Source: Gammaproteobacteria bacterium (GTDB taxonomy: Bacteria; Pseudomonadota; Gammaproteobacteria; Steroidobacterales; PWYM01). From it: a stretch of 64,000 bases of DNA. Both the position numbers and the translations under genes were made by a program. The stretch is from assembly GCA_003567855.1 (NCBI GenBank), contig PWYM01000237.1, positions 5,302 through 69,301 of the forward strand, written 5' to 3'. This document shows positions 11,292-21,171 of this stretch, piece by piece (the stretch's first letter is position 1; every line of letters starts with the position of its first letter). The notes below the pieces were generated by a model. It did no database searches and was not told the origin of the DNA. It saw only the letters and a list, made by a program, of their open reading frames with translations.

Positions 11292-13466
11292 TCAGGCCGC
11301 GGAACGGCGGCTGCCGCTGCTGTCGTGAAAACTCTGGCCGGCCTTGGCCCGGTCCTTGAGCCACTTCGAAGGCCGGAAGCGCTTGCCGTGGCGACGCGCG
11401 AGGCGTTCGCATTCACGCACGAAGGTCTCGATGCCGATCATGTCGATGAACGACAGCGTGCCGCCGGTCCAGGCCGGGAAACCCCAGCCGAAGATAGAGC
11501 CGATATCGGCGTCCTCGGGACGATCGAGCACACCCTCTTCAAGGCAACGCGCCGTCTCCAGCGCCTGGATGTAGAGCAGCCGCTTTTTCACGTCGTCGAC
11601 GTCGGGCTGCTTCTCGGCCCGCGGGTACACCTCGGCAAGACCGGGCCACAGGCGCTTGGGGCCGTCGGCGGGATAGTCATAGAACCCCTTGCCGAAACGC
11701 TTGCCCTTGCGATCGAGCTCGTTGACGAAACGGTCGAGCACCGGGACGGCGATGTTAGGTTCGTACTTGCCACCCAGATCTGCACGCGTCTGCTCGGTGA
11801 CCTTCCATGCGAGTTCCAGCGTGACCTCGTCCATCACGGCCAGTGGCCCGACCGCCATCCCCGCGAACTTCGCGCCGTTCTCGATCAGCGCCGGATTCAC
11901 CCCCTCGGCAAGCATCGCCATGCCTTCCTGGGTGAATACGCCGAACACGCGGCTCGTATAAAAACCGCGGCTGTCATTGACGACGATCGGCGTCTTGCCG
12001 ATGGCGGCGACGTAGTCGAGCGCATGGGCGATCGCGCTTTCATCGGTCTTGCGCCCGACGATGATCTCGACCAGCGGCATCTTCTCCACGGGCGAAAAGA
12101 AGTGAATACCGATGAAGCGCTCGGGCCGGCTGCTGGCCTTCGCGAGCGAAGTGATCGGCAGCGTAGAGGTATTGGATGCGAACAGCGCGTCCTTGCCGAT
12201 CACGGCCTCGCTACGCGCGGTGACGTCGGCCTTGATTTCGCGATTCTCGAACACCGCCTCGATCACGAGTTCACAGCCTTCGAGATCTTCATAGCGCGTC
12301 GTCGGCTGGATCCGCGCCAGCACCTCGTCGGCCTGGCTGCGGGTCATGCGGCCTTTCTCGACGCGCTGTTCGACGAGGCGGCGCGAGTAGTCCTTGCCCT
12401 TGTCGGCGAGCGCCTGTTCGGTATCGAGCAGCACCGCGTGCTGGCCGGCCACTGCCGATACGTAGGCGATCCCCGCGCCCATCATCCCGGCGCCGAGGAT
12501 GCCCACGCGGCTGACCTTGAGCCTGTCCACGCCCTCGGGCCGGTAGGCGAGCTTGTCGGCCTTCTGCTTGTTCACGAACAGCGTGCGCACCATGTTGCCG
12601 GCAACCGGGTCGGCGAGCAGCTTGGTGAAGTAGCGTGCCTCGATCTTGAGCCCCGTATCCATGGGCACGATGGTGCCTTCGAAAACCGACGACATGATCG
12701 AGATCGGCGCCGGGTAGTTGTGGCGCGTCTCGCGCGCGACCATCGCGGCGCCGGCCATGAAGGTCTGCGCAGACTTCGGATGCATTGCACCTGCGCCACC
12801 GGGCACCTTGAAGCCCTTGCGGTCCCAGGGTTGCTCGGCAGTCGGCGACTCGAGCAGCCAGCGCCTCGCCGCCGCGAGCAGCGCATCGGGTTCGACGAGC
12901 TCGTCGACGATGCCGAGCTTCGCCGCCTTCTCGGGCGAAACATGGCGACCCTCGAGCATCAGTGGCAGCGACGCCTCGATGCCGATGAGACGCGGCAGCC
13001 GCTGCGTGCCGCCGGCACCAGGCAGCAGCCCCACCTGGACCTCCGGCAACCCGAGCACCGCGCGCGGTGCATTGGCGGCGACACGATAGTGGCACGCGAG
13101 GCAGATCTCGAGTCCGCCACCGAGCGCGGTCCCGTTGATTGCGGCAACGAACGGCTTGCCACAGGTTTCCATCCGTCGCAGCAACTGCGAGAAGTAGCCG
13201 ACCCGCTCGAGCGCCGCGGCCGGGTCCTTGCGCGCCAGTGCGACCAGTGCGTCCATGCCCTTGAGATCGGCTCCAGCCACGAAACTGGACTTTCCGGAGG
13301 TGATGATCGCGCCGCGCACGGCATCGTCGGCGGCGATCTTCTCTACGGCTTTTTCCAGGTCGGCGACGAGCTCGGGCGTCAGCACGTTCATGCTTCGGTC
13401 TTTCACGTCGAGCACGAGCTTCACGATCCCGTCATCGCCTGCTTTCCAGTTGATTGTCTTGAACAT
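11292..13466 (-). CDS. Multifunctional enoyl-CoA hydratase / 3-hydroxyacyl-CoA dehydrogenase (FadB/FadJ-like)
   Basis: 724 aa. N-terminal crotonase fold (SFVAGADLK), central Rossmann motif VGILGAGMMGAGIA, and C-terminal 3HCDH domains. Confidence 0.92.
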   Translation of the reverse strand: MFKTINWKAGDDGIVKLVLDVKDRSMNVLTPELVADLEKAVEKIAADDAVRGAIITSGKSSFVAGADLKGMDALVALARKDPAAALERVGYFSQLLRRMETCGKPFVAAINGTALGGGLEICLACHYRVAANAPRAVLGLPEVQVGLLPGAGGTQRLPRLIGIEASLPLMLEGRHVSPEKAAKLGIVDELVEPDALLAAARRWLLESPTAEQPWDRKGFKVPGGAGAMHPKSAQTFMAGAAMVARETRHNYPAPISIMSSVFEGTIVPMDTGLKIEARYFTKLLADPVAGNMVRTLFVNKQKADKLAYRPEGVDRLKVSRVGILGAGMMGAGIAYVSAVAGQHAVLLDTEQALADKGKDYSRRLVEQRVEKGRMTRSQADEVLARIQPTTRYEDLEGCELVIEAVFENREIKADVTARSEAVIGKDALFASNTSTLPITSLAKASSRPERFIGIHFFSPVEKMPLVEIIVGRKTDESAIAHALDYVAAIGKTPIVVNDSRGFYTSRVFGVFTQEGMAMLAEGVNPALIENGAKFAGMAVGPLAVMDEVTLELAWKVTEQTRADLGGKYEPNIAVPVLDRFVNELDRKGKRFGKGFYDYPADGPKRLWPGLAEVYPRAEKQPDVDDVKKRLLYIQALETARCLEEGVLDRPEDADIGSIFGWGFPAWTGGTLSFIDMIGIETFVRECERLARRHGKRFRPSKWLKDRAKAGQSFHDSSGSRRSAA

Positions 13467-13528
13467 TTCGAAGAGGTCCTTTCGCTGTGGACGCGCCGTC
13501 TCGCGGCGCGTGCTGATCGGGTGCGCGC

Positions 13529-14737
13529 TCAGACGCGCTCGATGATCGTCGCGGTGCCCATCCCGGCACCGACGCAGAGCGTGACCAGCGCGGTATTGAG
13601 ATCGCGACGCTCGATTTCATCGAGTGCGGTACCGAGCACCATCGCGCCGGTCGCGCCCAGCGGATGGCCCATCGCAATCGCGCCGCCATTGACGTTGATC
13701 TGCTCGTGCGGCACCTCCATGTCCTGCATGAAGCGCAGCACCACCGATGCGAAGGCCTCGTTGAGCTCGAACAGGTCTATGTCGGACTGCTGCATCCGGC
13801 AGCGCTTGAGCGCACGGCGCGCCGACGGTGCGGGGCCGGTGAGCATGATCGTCGGCTCGGACCCGATGGATGCGAACCCACGAATGCGTGCGCGCGGCTT
13901 CAGGCCGAGCTTGCGTCCGATCTTCTTGCTGCCGACCAGAACGCCGGCCGCGCCGTCGACGATGCCGCTGGAATTGCCGCCGGTGTGCACGTGGTTGATG
14001 CGCTCGACGTCGGGGTAACGCTGCAGTGCGACCGAATCGAAGCCAAACTGCTCGCCCGGCACCGCGAACGCGGGCTTGAGCCCTGCGAGGTCATCCATGG
14101 TCGTGCCGGGACGCATGTGCTCGTCGCGGTCGAGCACCACTGAGCCGAGCGAATCGCGCACCGGCAGTATCGAGCGGCTGAAATGGCCCTGTTCCCACGC
14201 GTGGGCGGCGCGGCGCTGGCTTTCCATCGCGTAGGCATCCACGTCGTCGCGCGAGAAGCCGTAGCGGCTGGCGATCAGGTCCGCGCCTATACCCTGCGGC
14301 GCGAAGTAGGTGTGATACGCGACGTTGGGGTCGCTGCCCCACGCGCCGCCATCGGCCCCCATGGGCACCCTCGACATCGATTCCACACCACCGCCGATGA
14401 CGAGCTGGGACATGCCCGACATCACCTGCGCGGCCGCGCTGTTGACGGCTTCGAGACCGGAAGCGCAGAAGCGGTTGAGTTGCGTGCCGGGCACCTGTTC
14501 GGAGTACCCCGCATTGATCGCCGCGACGCGTGCGATATTGGCACCCTGCTCTCCGACCGGCGTGACGCATCCCATGATCACGTCGTCGACGAGATTGGTG
14601 TCCATCTCGGCTCGGTCGCGCAGTGCCCTGAGCACCTGTGTCGTGAGCTCGATGGGCGTGATTTCGTGCAGCGCACCGCTCGCGCGTCCCTTCCCGCGGG
14701 GCGTGCGGATGTGGTCGTAAATGTAGGCCTCGGGCAT
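13529..14737 (-). CDS. Acetyl-CoA C-acyltransferase (thiolase)
   Basis: Active-site Cys context [28 protein letters not shown], and [15 protein letters not shown] at the C-terminus. The start is trimmed to [17 protein letters not shown]. Confidence 0.92.
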   Translation of the reverse strand: MPEAYIYDHIRTPRGKGRASGALHEITPIELTTQVLRALRDRAEMDTNLVDDVIMGCVTPVGEQGANIARVAAINAGYSEQVPGTQLNRFCASGLEAVNSAAAQVMSGMSQLVIGGGVESMSRVPMGADGGAWGSDPNVAYHTYFAPQGIGADLIASRYGFSRDDVDAYAMESQRRAAHAWEQGHFSRSILPVRDSLGSVVLDRDEHMRPGTTMDDLAGLKPAFAVPGEQFGFDSVALQRYPDVERINHVHTGGNSSGIVDGAAGVLVGSKKIGRKLGLKPRARIRGFASIGSEPTIMLTGPAPSARRALKRCRMQQSDIDLFELNEAFASVVLRFMQDMEVPHEQINVNGGAIAMGHPLGATGAMVLGTALDEIERRDLNTALVTLCVGAGMGTATIIERV

Positions 14738-14775
14738 TTCGGTTTCCTCTCTCTGGAACCTGGTTCGTATGTCGA

Positions 14776-15453
14776 TCAACGCGTGCGCGCGCCCGCCACG
14801 TCCCCGTCACCGGGTGTGAGGCTCGCGCGCATCATCTGCTTGTGGGTTTCGGCCAGGCCGGTGAAGTCCACCGCGCCCGGCTCGACCAGCCACTGGTAGG
14901 TCGCGCCGTACACGAGCGCGCAGAAGTGCTCGGCCTGGCGCTCCGGGTCGAGGTCCGCCGCGATGTCGCCGTCGGCGATACCCTCGCGGACCCAGCGCGC
15001 AAGATCGGCGCGCTGGCGGGTCAGCACCTCGGCGACCCGCTCGCGCCAGCCGCTGTCGGGGCCGATGCTCTGGTAACACAGGATGTGCATGGCCCGGACG
15101 TGGCGGGGCGACTCCTGCGCAAACGCCGCCCATGTATCGATGCACGCGAGTAGCGCGGCGAGCCCTCGCCGGGCCCCGACCGCGCGCGTGAGTTCGCCGA
15201 GCCAGCGTTGCGACACGTAACGGATCACCGCCCGGTAAAGCCCCGCCTTGGATCCGAACCGGTAGGTCGCCAGGCCGCGGCTGTAGCCGGCGCGTTCACC
15301 GATGTCCTTCAGCGTCGCGCGATCCACGCCCCGTTCGACGATCAGCGATACCGCCGCCTCGATCATGCGGCCGTCGGACTCGGTCAGCCGCGACGGGTCT
15401 GCGGCAGCCGCCCCGGAGGCCGCGGAAACTTCAGGAAGTACGGTGTCCGGCAT
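14776..15453 (-). CDS. TetR family transcriptional regulator (first gene of the beta-oxidation operon)
   Basis: [46 protein letters not shown]. Same strand as the thiolase gene and immediately upstream of it. Confidence 0.88.
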   Translation of the reverse strand: MPDTVLPEVSAASGAAAADPSRLTESDGRMIEAAVSLIVERGVDRATLKDIGERAGYSRGLATYRFGSKAGLYRAVIRYVSQRWLGELTRAVGARRGLAALLACIDTWAAFAQESPRHVRAMHILCYQSIGPDSGWRERVAEVLTRQRADLARWVREGIADGDIAADLDPERQAEHFCALVYGATYQWLVEPGAVDFTGLAETHKQMMRASLTPGDGDVAGARTR

Positions 15454-15466
15454 TGGACCGGTGCTC

Positions 15467-15485
15467 GACTTGTCATTGACAAGTC
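15467..15485. promoter_or_regulatory. Perfect 9-1-9 palindrome, candidate TetR operator
   Basis: GACTTGTCA-T-TGACAAGTC, 14 nt upstream of the TetR start codon at 15453. Confidence 0.6.
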
Positions 15486-15549
15486 TGCAAGACTACGCGC
15501 GTTGACCGGTGACGGGCAAGCCGCCAACGCCCTCGGCCAGGGCAGCACA

Positions 15550-16212
15550 CTAGTCCTTATCGGGTTTGCACAACCGCCGGAATCCCGCCGCGGTATAAGG
15601 CACCAGCCGCTCGTGGACGCTTGCCAGATCGCTCGAGCGGCACACGCCACCCGAGAGCTTGTCGATACGCCCGGTCTGAGCAAACGTGAGCGTCAGCGCG
15701 CCGGACAGGAAGTGGTAGCTCCAGTAGATGTCCTCGTCCCTCGCGTCGGGGAGCGCCTCGCGGATCGCGGCGATGAACTGCTGAACCAACGGATCGAAGT
15801 AGCGCGTCATCCCGATCGGGGCGAGTTCGGGTGAGTTGTTGACCTGGGCGACGAGCGCGAAGTAGCGCCGCCAGCCGGCGCCGCCGCGCGCCGAACGCGT
15901 CAGCAGCGGGTGCGTGAACGCGTCGATGATGTCCTCGAGTTCGGGCGGGTCGGGCGCTGCGCGCTCGCGGCAGGCGTTGAGCATCGCCAGGCGCTCGCGG
16001 TTGAGCACCTCGGCGCGGCGCAGGAATACGGTTTCGAACAGATCGTTCTTGCGGCCGCAGTGGTAGTTCACCAGCGCCACGTCGACGTCCGCGGCGCGCG
16101 CGATCTCGCGTACCGAGACACCGTGAAAACCCTTTTCCGCGAACAGTTTCTCCGCGGCGTCGAGAATCCGCCGGCGGGTGGTATGTGCCGCTTTCCCCAT
16201 CTCGTCTGCCAC
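15550..16212 (-). CDS. TetR family transcriptional regulator
   Basis: HTH RRRILDAAEKLFAEKGFHGVSVREIARAADVDVALVNYHCGRKNDLF. Divergent from the TBDR / CoA-ligase / hydrolase genes. Confidence 0.88.
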   Translation of the reverse strand: MADEMGKAAHTTRRRILDAAEKLFAEKGFHGVSVREIARAADVDVALVNYHCGRKNDLFETVFLRRAEVLNRERLAMLNACRERAAPDPPELEDIIDAFTHPLLTRSARGGAGWRRYFALVAQVNNSPELAPIGMTRYFDPLVQQFIAAIREALPDARDEDIYWSYHFLSGALTLTFAQTGRIDKLSGGVCRSSDLASVHERLVPYTAAGFRRLCKPDKD

Positions 16213-16301
16213 TCCCTGGTGCTGCGCCGCAACAATGCGGGCCCGCGCTGAAACGCACTTTACACCGGCCGCGCGCCGTCATCGCTGTCACGGTCGGGTG
16301 C

Positions 16302-16339
16302 TTGATTTTCATCAAACGTTGAAATAAGTTGCCGGGCAA
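16302..16339. promoter_or_regulatory. Two small palindromes in the TetR/TBDR divergent region (candidate operators)
   Basis: TTGAT-tttc-ATCAA (16302-16315) and TTGCC-g-GGCAA (16329-16339). The flanks of the second, AAG..GTC, echo the CAAGTC half-site of the 15467 palindrome. Confidence 0.35.
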
Positions 16340-16383
16340 GTCAATCGCCACCGACGTGGCCCGCTTTCCGGGGGAGTACTCGC

Positions 16384-18633
16384 ATGACAATCCAGCCCAG
16401 CCACAGGGGTGGCCTCGTCGCCGCCGCCGTCGCCGCCGCCTTCGGTGCCAGCCTGCCCGCGGCCGCGCAGGAGACCGGCGCGCGGGCGATAGAACAGATC
16501 ACCGTCACCGCGCGGCGGGTCGAGGAAACGCTGCAGGACGTGCCGCTCGCGGTGTCGGCGTTCTCGGCCGACGACCTCGCGCGCCTGCAGGCCGACAGCC
16601 TCGATGGCCTGCAGGGCGCCGTACCGAACCTCAATCTCGTCCAGGGTCGCGGTTCGGCCTCCAGTGCGAATATTTTCATTCGCGGCATCGGCCAGCCCGA
16701 CGCCCTGCAGACCTTCGATCCGGGCGTCGGCGTCTACGTCGATGACGTCTACATCTCGCGCATCCAGGGCGCACTGTTCAACCTGCACGATGTGGAACGC
16801 GTCGAGGTGCTGCGCGGCCCACAGGGCACGCTCTACGGCAAGAACACGATCGCCGGCGCGGTGAAAATCGTCACGCGCCGGCCCACCGAGGAGACGGAGT
16901 TCGATGCCGAGGTCGGGATCGGCCGCTACAGCGCGCGCAACGGGCGCGTGTTCCTGGCCGGTGGCCTGACGGACACGCTGTTTGCGAGTTTCTCCGGACT
17001 GGTGTCGGAGCGCGACGGTACCGTTACCGACAGCGCAACCGGCGCAGAGTACAACGACATCGACACGCGCGCCGGTCGCATCGCGCTGCGCTGGGTGCCG
17101 ACCGACACGCTGGAGGCGCGGCTGTCGGTCGACGCGACGCGCGAACGCAACGCGCTCAACCTCGGGCGTGCGCGCGCGCCGCTGATCTCGGTGGATCTTG
17201 CCACGGGGGGTATCGTCCCGCGGTTCGTCCCCGAGGAGGGCTCATGGGATCGCACCGCGCGCTCGCAGCTGCCCAATGACCCCGGCCAGGAACTCGACCA
17301 CTGGGGCACGTCGCTGTCGGTAGACTGGGACATAGACGACGCGCTGACTGCAAAGTCGATCACCTCCTGGCGCAGGCTCGAGACCGACTTCTTCATCGAC
17401 ATCGACGCGACCGAGCTCGAGCTCGGCGACGTGTTCGTAGGCGTGCGCCAGGAACAGATGTCGCAGGAATTCCAGCTCGCGTGGGACGCCGGCGGGCGTT
17501 TCAACGGCGTCGCGGGCATCTACGCGCTGAAGGAACGCGTCGGTTCCGAGCAGTTTGCGTTCGCCGACGACTTCCTGCTGTTTGGCGGCATACCCCTGGA
17601 CTTCCTGCGCACCATCAACGACTTCCAGGAAACCCTGAGCTACGCGGCGTTCGGCCAGGGCACGTGGCAGCTCGACGAGCGCTGGAGCGCGACGGTGGGC
17701 CTGCGCTACACCTACGAGGAGAAGGATTACTTCCGCACCACGTCGGTGTTCTCGCAGGCGGGGCCGTTCCTCGAAAGCACCTTCGCGTTCGACATCGACG
17801 ACACCTGGAGCGCGTTCACGCCGAGCTTCACGCTCGACTACCGTGCCGCCGACGACGTGCTGCTCTATGCCACCGTCGCGCGCGGCTTCAAGAGCGGCGG
17901 GTTCAACGGCCGCGCGAATGCACCGACCGACGTCAGCGTGTTCGACCCCGAGTTCGTGTGGACCTGGGAAGCCGGCGTCAAGAGCGAGCTCGCCGACGGC
18001 CGGGTGCGCCTCAACGCCGCGGCGTTCTACAGCGACTACAAGGACTTCCAGGCGCGTGTCTCGGAAGTCGCGAATCCCGACGACCCCGTCCCCAATTTCG
18101 GCTTTCCGGTCATCAACGCCGGTGAACTCGAAATCTGGGGCGCGGAACTCGAAGCCGCGTGGGTGCCCGTCGACGGACTGACGCTGGCGACGCAGATCGG
18201 CTATCTGAATGCCGATTACAAGGAGTTCAATGCCGCCGAGGCCGGGCCCGACGGCTCCGTCGTGATCATCGACCGCTCGGGTGACGAAACCCCCTTCTCA
18301 CCCGAATGGACGATGCGCTTCGCGGGCAGCTACGCGTTCGATCTCGGTGCCAACGGTATGCTGACCGTCGGTGCTGACACCGCGTACCGCTCGAAGATGT
18401 GGCTCTCGGTGGACAACCGCGACGTGCTGACGCAGTCGGGATACTGGCTCAGCAACGCCTTCGTGACATGGTCGTCACCCGACACGCGCTGGAGCGTCAC
18501 CGGTGGACTGAAGAATCTCACCGACCGTGAATACAAGGTCGACGCCCAGGAGTTCTCCGCCGTCGGCAACATCCAGACGGCGTATTACGGAGATCCGCGC
18601 ACCTGGTCGCTGAGCCTGCGCTACCGCTACTGA
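16384..18633 (+). CDS. TonB-dependent receptor (TBDR-1)
   Basis: Signal peptide ending AAAQE, plug region (ITVTARRVEETLQDVPLAVSAF, VEVLRGPQGTLYGKNTIAGAV), a long beta-barrel, and the terminal ...LSLRYRY. Confidence 0.92.
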   Translation: MTIQPSHRGGLVAAAVAAAFGASLPAAAQETGARAIEQITVTARRVEETLQDVPLAVSAFSADDLARLQADSLDGLQGAVPNLNLVQGRGSASSANIFIRGIGQPDALQTFDPGVGVYVDDVYISRIQGALFNLHDVERVEVLRGPQGTLYGKNTIAGAVKIVTRRPTEETEFDAEVGIGRYSARNGRVFLAGGLTDTLFASFSGLVSERDGTVTDSATGAEYNDIDTRAGRIALRWVPTDTLEARLSVDATRERNALNLGRARAPLISVDLATGGIVPRFVPEEGSWDRTARSQLPNDPGQELDHWGTSLSVDWDIDDALTAKSITSWRRLETDFFIDIDATELELGDVFVGVRQEQMSQEFQLAWDAGGRFNGVAGIYALKERVGSEQFAFADDFLLFGGIPLDFLRTINDFQETLSYAAFGQGTWQLDERWSATVGLRYTYEEKDYFRTTSVFSQAGPFLESTFAFDIDDTWSAFTPSFTLDYRAADDVLLYATVARGFKSGGFNGRANAPTDVSVFDPEFVWTWEAGVKSELADGRVRLNAAAFYSDYKDFQARVSEVANPDDPVPNFGFPVINAGELEIWGAELEAAWVPVDGLTLATQIGYLNADYKEFNAAEAGPDGSVVIIDRSGDETPFSPEWTMRFAGSYAFDLGANGMLTVGADTAYRSKMWLSVDNRDVLTQSGYWLSNAFVTWSSPDTRWSVTGGLKNLTDREYKVDAQEFSAVGNIQTAYYGDPRTWSLSLRYRY

Positions 18634-18643
18634 GGACGCGGCG

Positions 18644-20221
18644 ATGGCGTGGTTTTACGCGGCGGCACCGCTGCTGCCCGAGATACTCGCGCGTCACGCG
18701 CGCAGTCGCCCGACTGCGCCTGCGCTCGTGTATGGCGACGTCTCGCTCGACTGGCAGGCCTTCGACGCGGCGCTGAACCGCGTCGCGAATGCGCTGCTGG
18801 ATGCCGGGCTCCGGCCCGGCGAACGCGTCGCGATTCTCATGGACAACGGGGTCGAGATGGCGCTGACGATGTTCGGCACGATGCGTGCCGGACTCGTCGC
18901 GGTCCCGTTAAACACCTCGGTTGCCGACGATGCGCTGGCCGCCATGATTGACGACTGCGCGGCGCGCGCGCTGGTCGTCACCGCGGCACACCGGGCGCGC
19001 GCCGATGAATGTCTTGCCCGGGGCACCCACGACCTGCCCTGCCGCGTCTGTGCCGCCGACACGACCGGGCCCGCCGGGGGTGGCGACTGGCTGGCCTGGA
19101 CGGCATGGCTGGAGGCAGCCGATGCCGCACCACCGGCAGTGACGGTGGCCGACGAGGACGACTGCAACATCATCTACTCGTCGGGCACCACCAGCCTGCC
19201 CAAGGGCATCGTGCACACGCACCGGCGCCGGCTGGACTGGGCGTTCGACCTCGCGATCGCGCTGCGCTACCACGCGCGCGCGGTAACGCTGTGCAGCCTG
19301 GGGCTGTATTCGAACATCAGCTGGGTGGGCCTGCTGTGCACCTGGGTCGCCGGCGGCACCGTGGTCGTGCTGCCCCGGTTCACGCCGGCCTCCGCGCTCG
19401 ACGCCATCGCACGCCACCGGATCACGCATTTCTCAATGGTGCCCGTGCAGTATCAGCGCCTGCTTGAGGACGCCGCGTGGTCCGCCCGTGATCTGCGCAG
19501 CCTTGAGGCCGTGATGTGCTGCGGCTCGCCGCTGCCCGCGATGCTCAAATCGCAGCTGCTGACCGGACTCGGGTGCCGCTTCATCGAGCTCTACGGGCTG
19601 ACCGAGGGCGTGATCACCACGCTTGATCCCGAGGATGCCGATGGTCGCATCGCATCGGTCGGCCGCGCGCTCACCGGCACCGAGATCCGCATCGTCGGCG
19701 ACGACGACCGCGAATGTGCGACCGGTGAGCCCGGTGAGATCGTCGGCCGCGGCCGCATCCTGATGAGCGGCTATCTCAACCGCGACGACGCCAGCGCCGA
19801 GGCGACCTGGACCGACGCGCAGGGACAGCGCTGGCTGCGCACCGGCGACATCGGCCGGCTCGACGGCGACGGGTTTCTCTATCTCGTCGATCGGAAAAAG
19901 GACATGATCCTCTCCGGCGGCCAGAACGTGTATCCGGCCGACATCGAGGCCGTGATGCTCGAACACCCGGCGGTCGCCGAGGTCGCGGTGATCGGCGTAC
20001 CCGACGCACGCTGGGGCGAGACCCCGGTCGCGATCGTCGTCGCGCGCTCCGTTACCGACGCGGACGGGAACACCGACGCCATCCGCGACTGGACCAACGC
20101 GCGCGTCGGCCGCCAGCAGCGCATTCGCGAGGTCCGCTTCACCGAAGAATTGCCTCGCAACCCCAACGGCAAGGTCCTCAAGCGCGAGCTGCGACGCACC
20201 CACGCCCAGATGCCGCACTGA
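18644..20221 (+). CDS. AMP-dependent acyl-CoA synthetase/ligase (FadD-like)
   Basis: AMP-binding motifs YSSGTTSLPKGIVHTH and TGDIGRLDGDGFLYLVDRKKDMILSGGQNVYPADIE, plus C-terminal NPNGKVLKREL. Confidence 0.9.
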   Translation: MAWFYAAAPLLPEILARHARSRPTAPALVYGDVSLDWQAFDAALNRVANALLDAGLRPGERVAILMDNGVEMALTMFGTMRAGLVAVPLNTSVADDALAAMIDDCAARALVVTAAHRARADECLARGTHDLPCRVCAADTTGPAGGGDWLAWTAWLEAADAAPPAVTVADEDDCNIIYSSGTTSLPKGIVHTHRRRLDWAFDLAIALRYHARAVTLCSLGLYSNISWVGLLCTWVAGGTVVVLPRFTPASALDAIARHRITHFSMVPVQYQRLLEDAAWSARDLRSLEAVMCCGSPLPAMLKSQLLTGLGCRFIELYGLTEGVITTLDPEDADGRIASVGRALTGTEIRIVGDDDRECATGEPGEIVGRGRILMSGYLNRDDASAEATWTDAQGQRWLRTGDIGRLDGDGFLYLVDRKKDMILSGGQNVYPADIEAVMLEHPAVAEVAVIGVPDARWGETPVAIVVARSVTDADGNTDAIRDWTNARVGRQQRIREVRFTEELPRNPNGKVLKRELRRTHAQMPH

Positions 20222-20233
20222 CCGGAGGTCACG

Positions 20234-21094
20234 ATGAGTGAACGCGCCCACCATTACAAAAGCGACGATGGTCTGACCCTGTACTGCCGCGATTTCGACG
20301 CGACCGCCAATGGGGGCGTCACCGCGCTTTGCCTCCCCGGCCTGACCCGCAACAGCCGCGACTTCATCGCGCTCGCGCACCACCTGCAGCCACAACGCCG
20401 CGTACTGTGCCCGGATCTGCGCGGCCGCGGGCATTCCGACCGCGACCCGGAATGGAAAAACTATCAGCCGCCAGTCTATGTACGCGACACGTGGACGCTG
20501 CTCGATGGGCTTGAAGTACAGCGCGTGGTGATCATCGGCACGTCACTCGGCGGGCTGATGGCCATGGTGATGGCGGTGCAGCAGCCCGAGCGCATCGCCG
20601 GCATCATCCTCAACGACGTCGGCCCCGAGATCGCACCGGAGGGCCTCGAGCGGATCCGCGGCTATGTGGGTGAGACGCCTTCAGCGGCAAACTGGGACGA
20701 GGCCGCTGCACGCACCCGGGCCGTCTACGGCCAGGCGCTGCCCGACCTCGACGACGCCGGCTGGCTCGCATACGCGCGCCAGGGCTGGCGCGAGGACGCG
20801 AACGGCGTGCCGCAGCCGGACTACGATGCCGGCATCGGGCGCGCGATCCGCGAGGCAAGCGGCGAGGCGCCCGATCCATGGCCGATGTTCCGGGCGCTGC
20901 AATGCCCGACCCTGGTGCTTCGGGGCGCCCATTCCGACATCCTGTCCGAGGCCATCCTGGCCCGGATGCACACCGAACTGCCGGCCCTGCAGTCGGAGAC
21001 GATCCCGGGGCGCGGCCACGTGCCGCTGCTCGACGAATCCCCGAGCCTCACGGCCATTGACGCTTTCCTCGCCGGGATCGACGCCTCGAAATGA
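20234..21094 (+). CDS. Alpha/beta hydrolase (paralog 1)
   Basis: Nucleophile elbow GTSLGG and C-terminal catalytic His context GRGHVPLLD. About half of the positions are identical by eye to the next gene. Confidence 0.85.
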   Translation: MSERAHHYKSDDGLTLYCRDFDATANGGVTALCLPGLTRNSRDFIALAHHLQPQRRVLCPDLRGRGHSDRDPEWKNYQPPVYVRDTWTLLDGLEVQRVVIIGTSLGGLMAMVMAVQQPERIAGIILNDVGPEIAPEGLERIRGYVGETPSAANWDEAAARTRAVYGQALPDLDDAGWLAYARQGWREDANGVPQPDYDAGIGRAIREASGEAPDPWPMFRALQCPTLVLRGAHSDILSEAILARMHTELPALQSETIPGRGHVPLLDESPSLTAIDAFLAGIDASK

Positions 21095-21171
21095 AACACA
21101 GGTCGCGTTTTCGCGCGGCCACACCCGTTAGCATCGCAGGCAGATCAGGACTCACCGACCGGGGTAAGACC

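Noticed and set aside
11283-14018. 911-aa ORF on the plus strand, and similar very long ORFs at 6845-8464(-), 9533-11257(+), 23337-24575(+), 32820-34181(-), 36437-38782(-), 43633-46233(-), 51528-53093(+) and 54404-55801(-)
   Set aside because: Each lies antisense to a gene with unmistakable family motifs (FadB/thiolase, Cls, ACAD, HIBADH-like, MFS, ACAD pair, TBDRs, IorB). Their translations are Arg/Ala/Gly/Pro/His-rich with no recognisable motifs. This is the classic stop-codon-poor shadow frame of high-GC DNA.
16281-16300. A single CTGTCAC upstream of TBDR-1 as a further Pho box
   Set aside because: Only one half-site is present. The position 11 bp downstream (GGGTGCT) does not resemble a second repeat.
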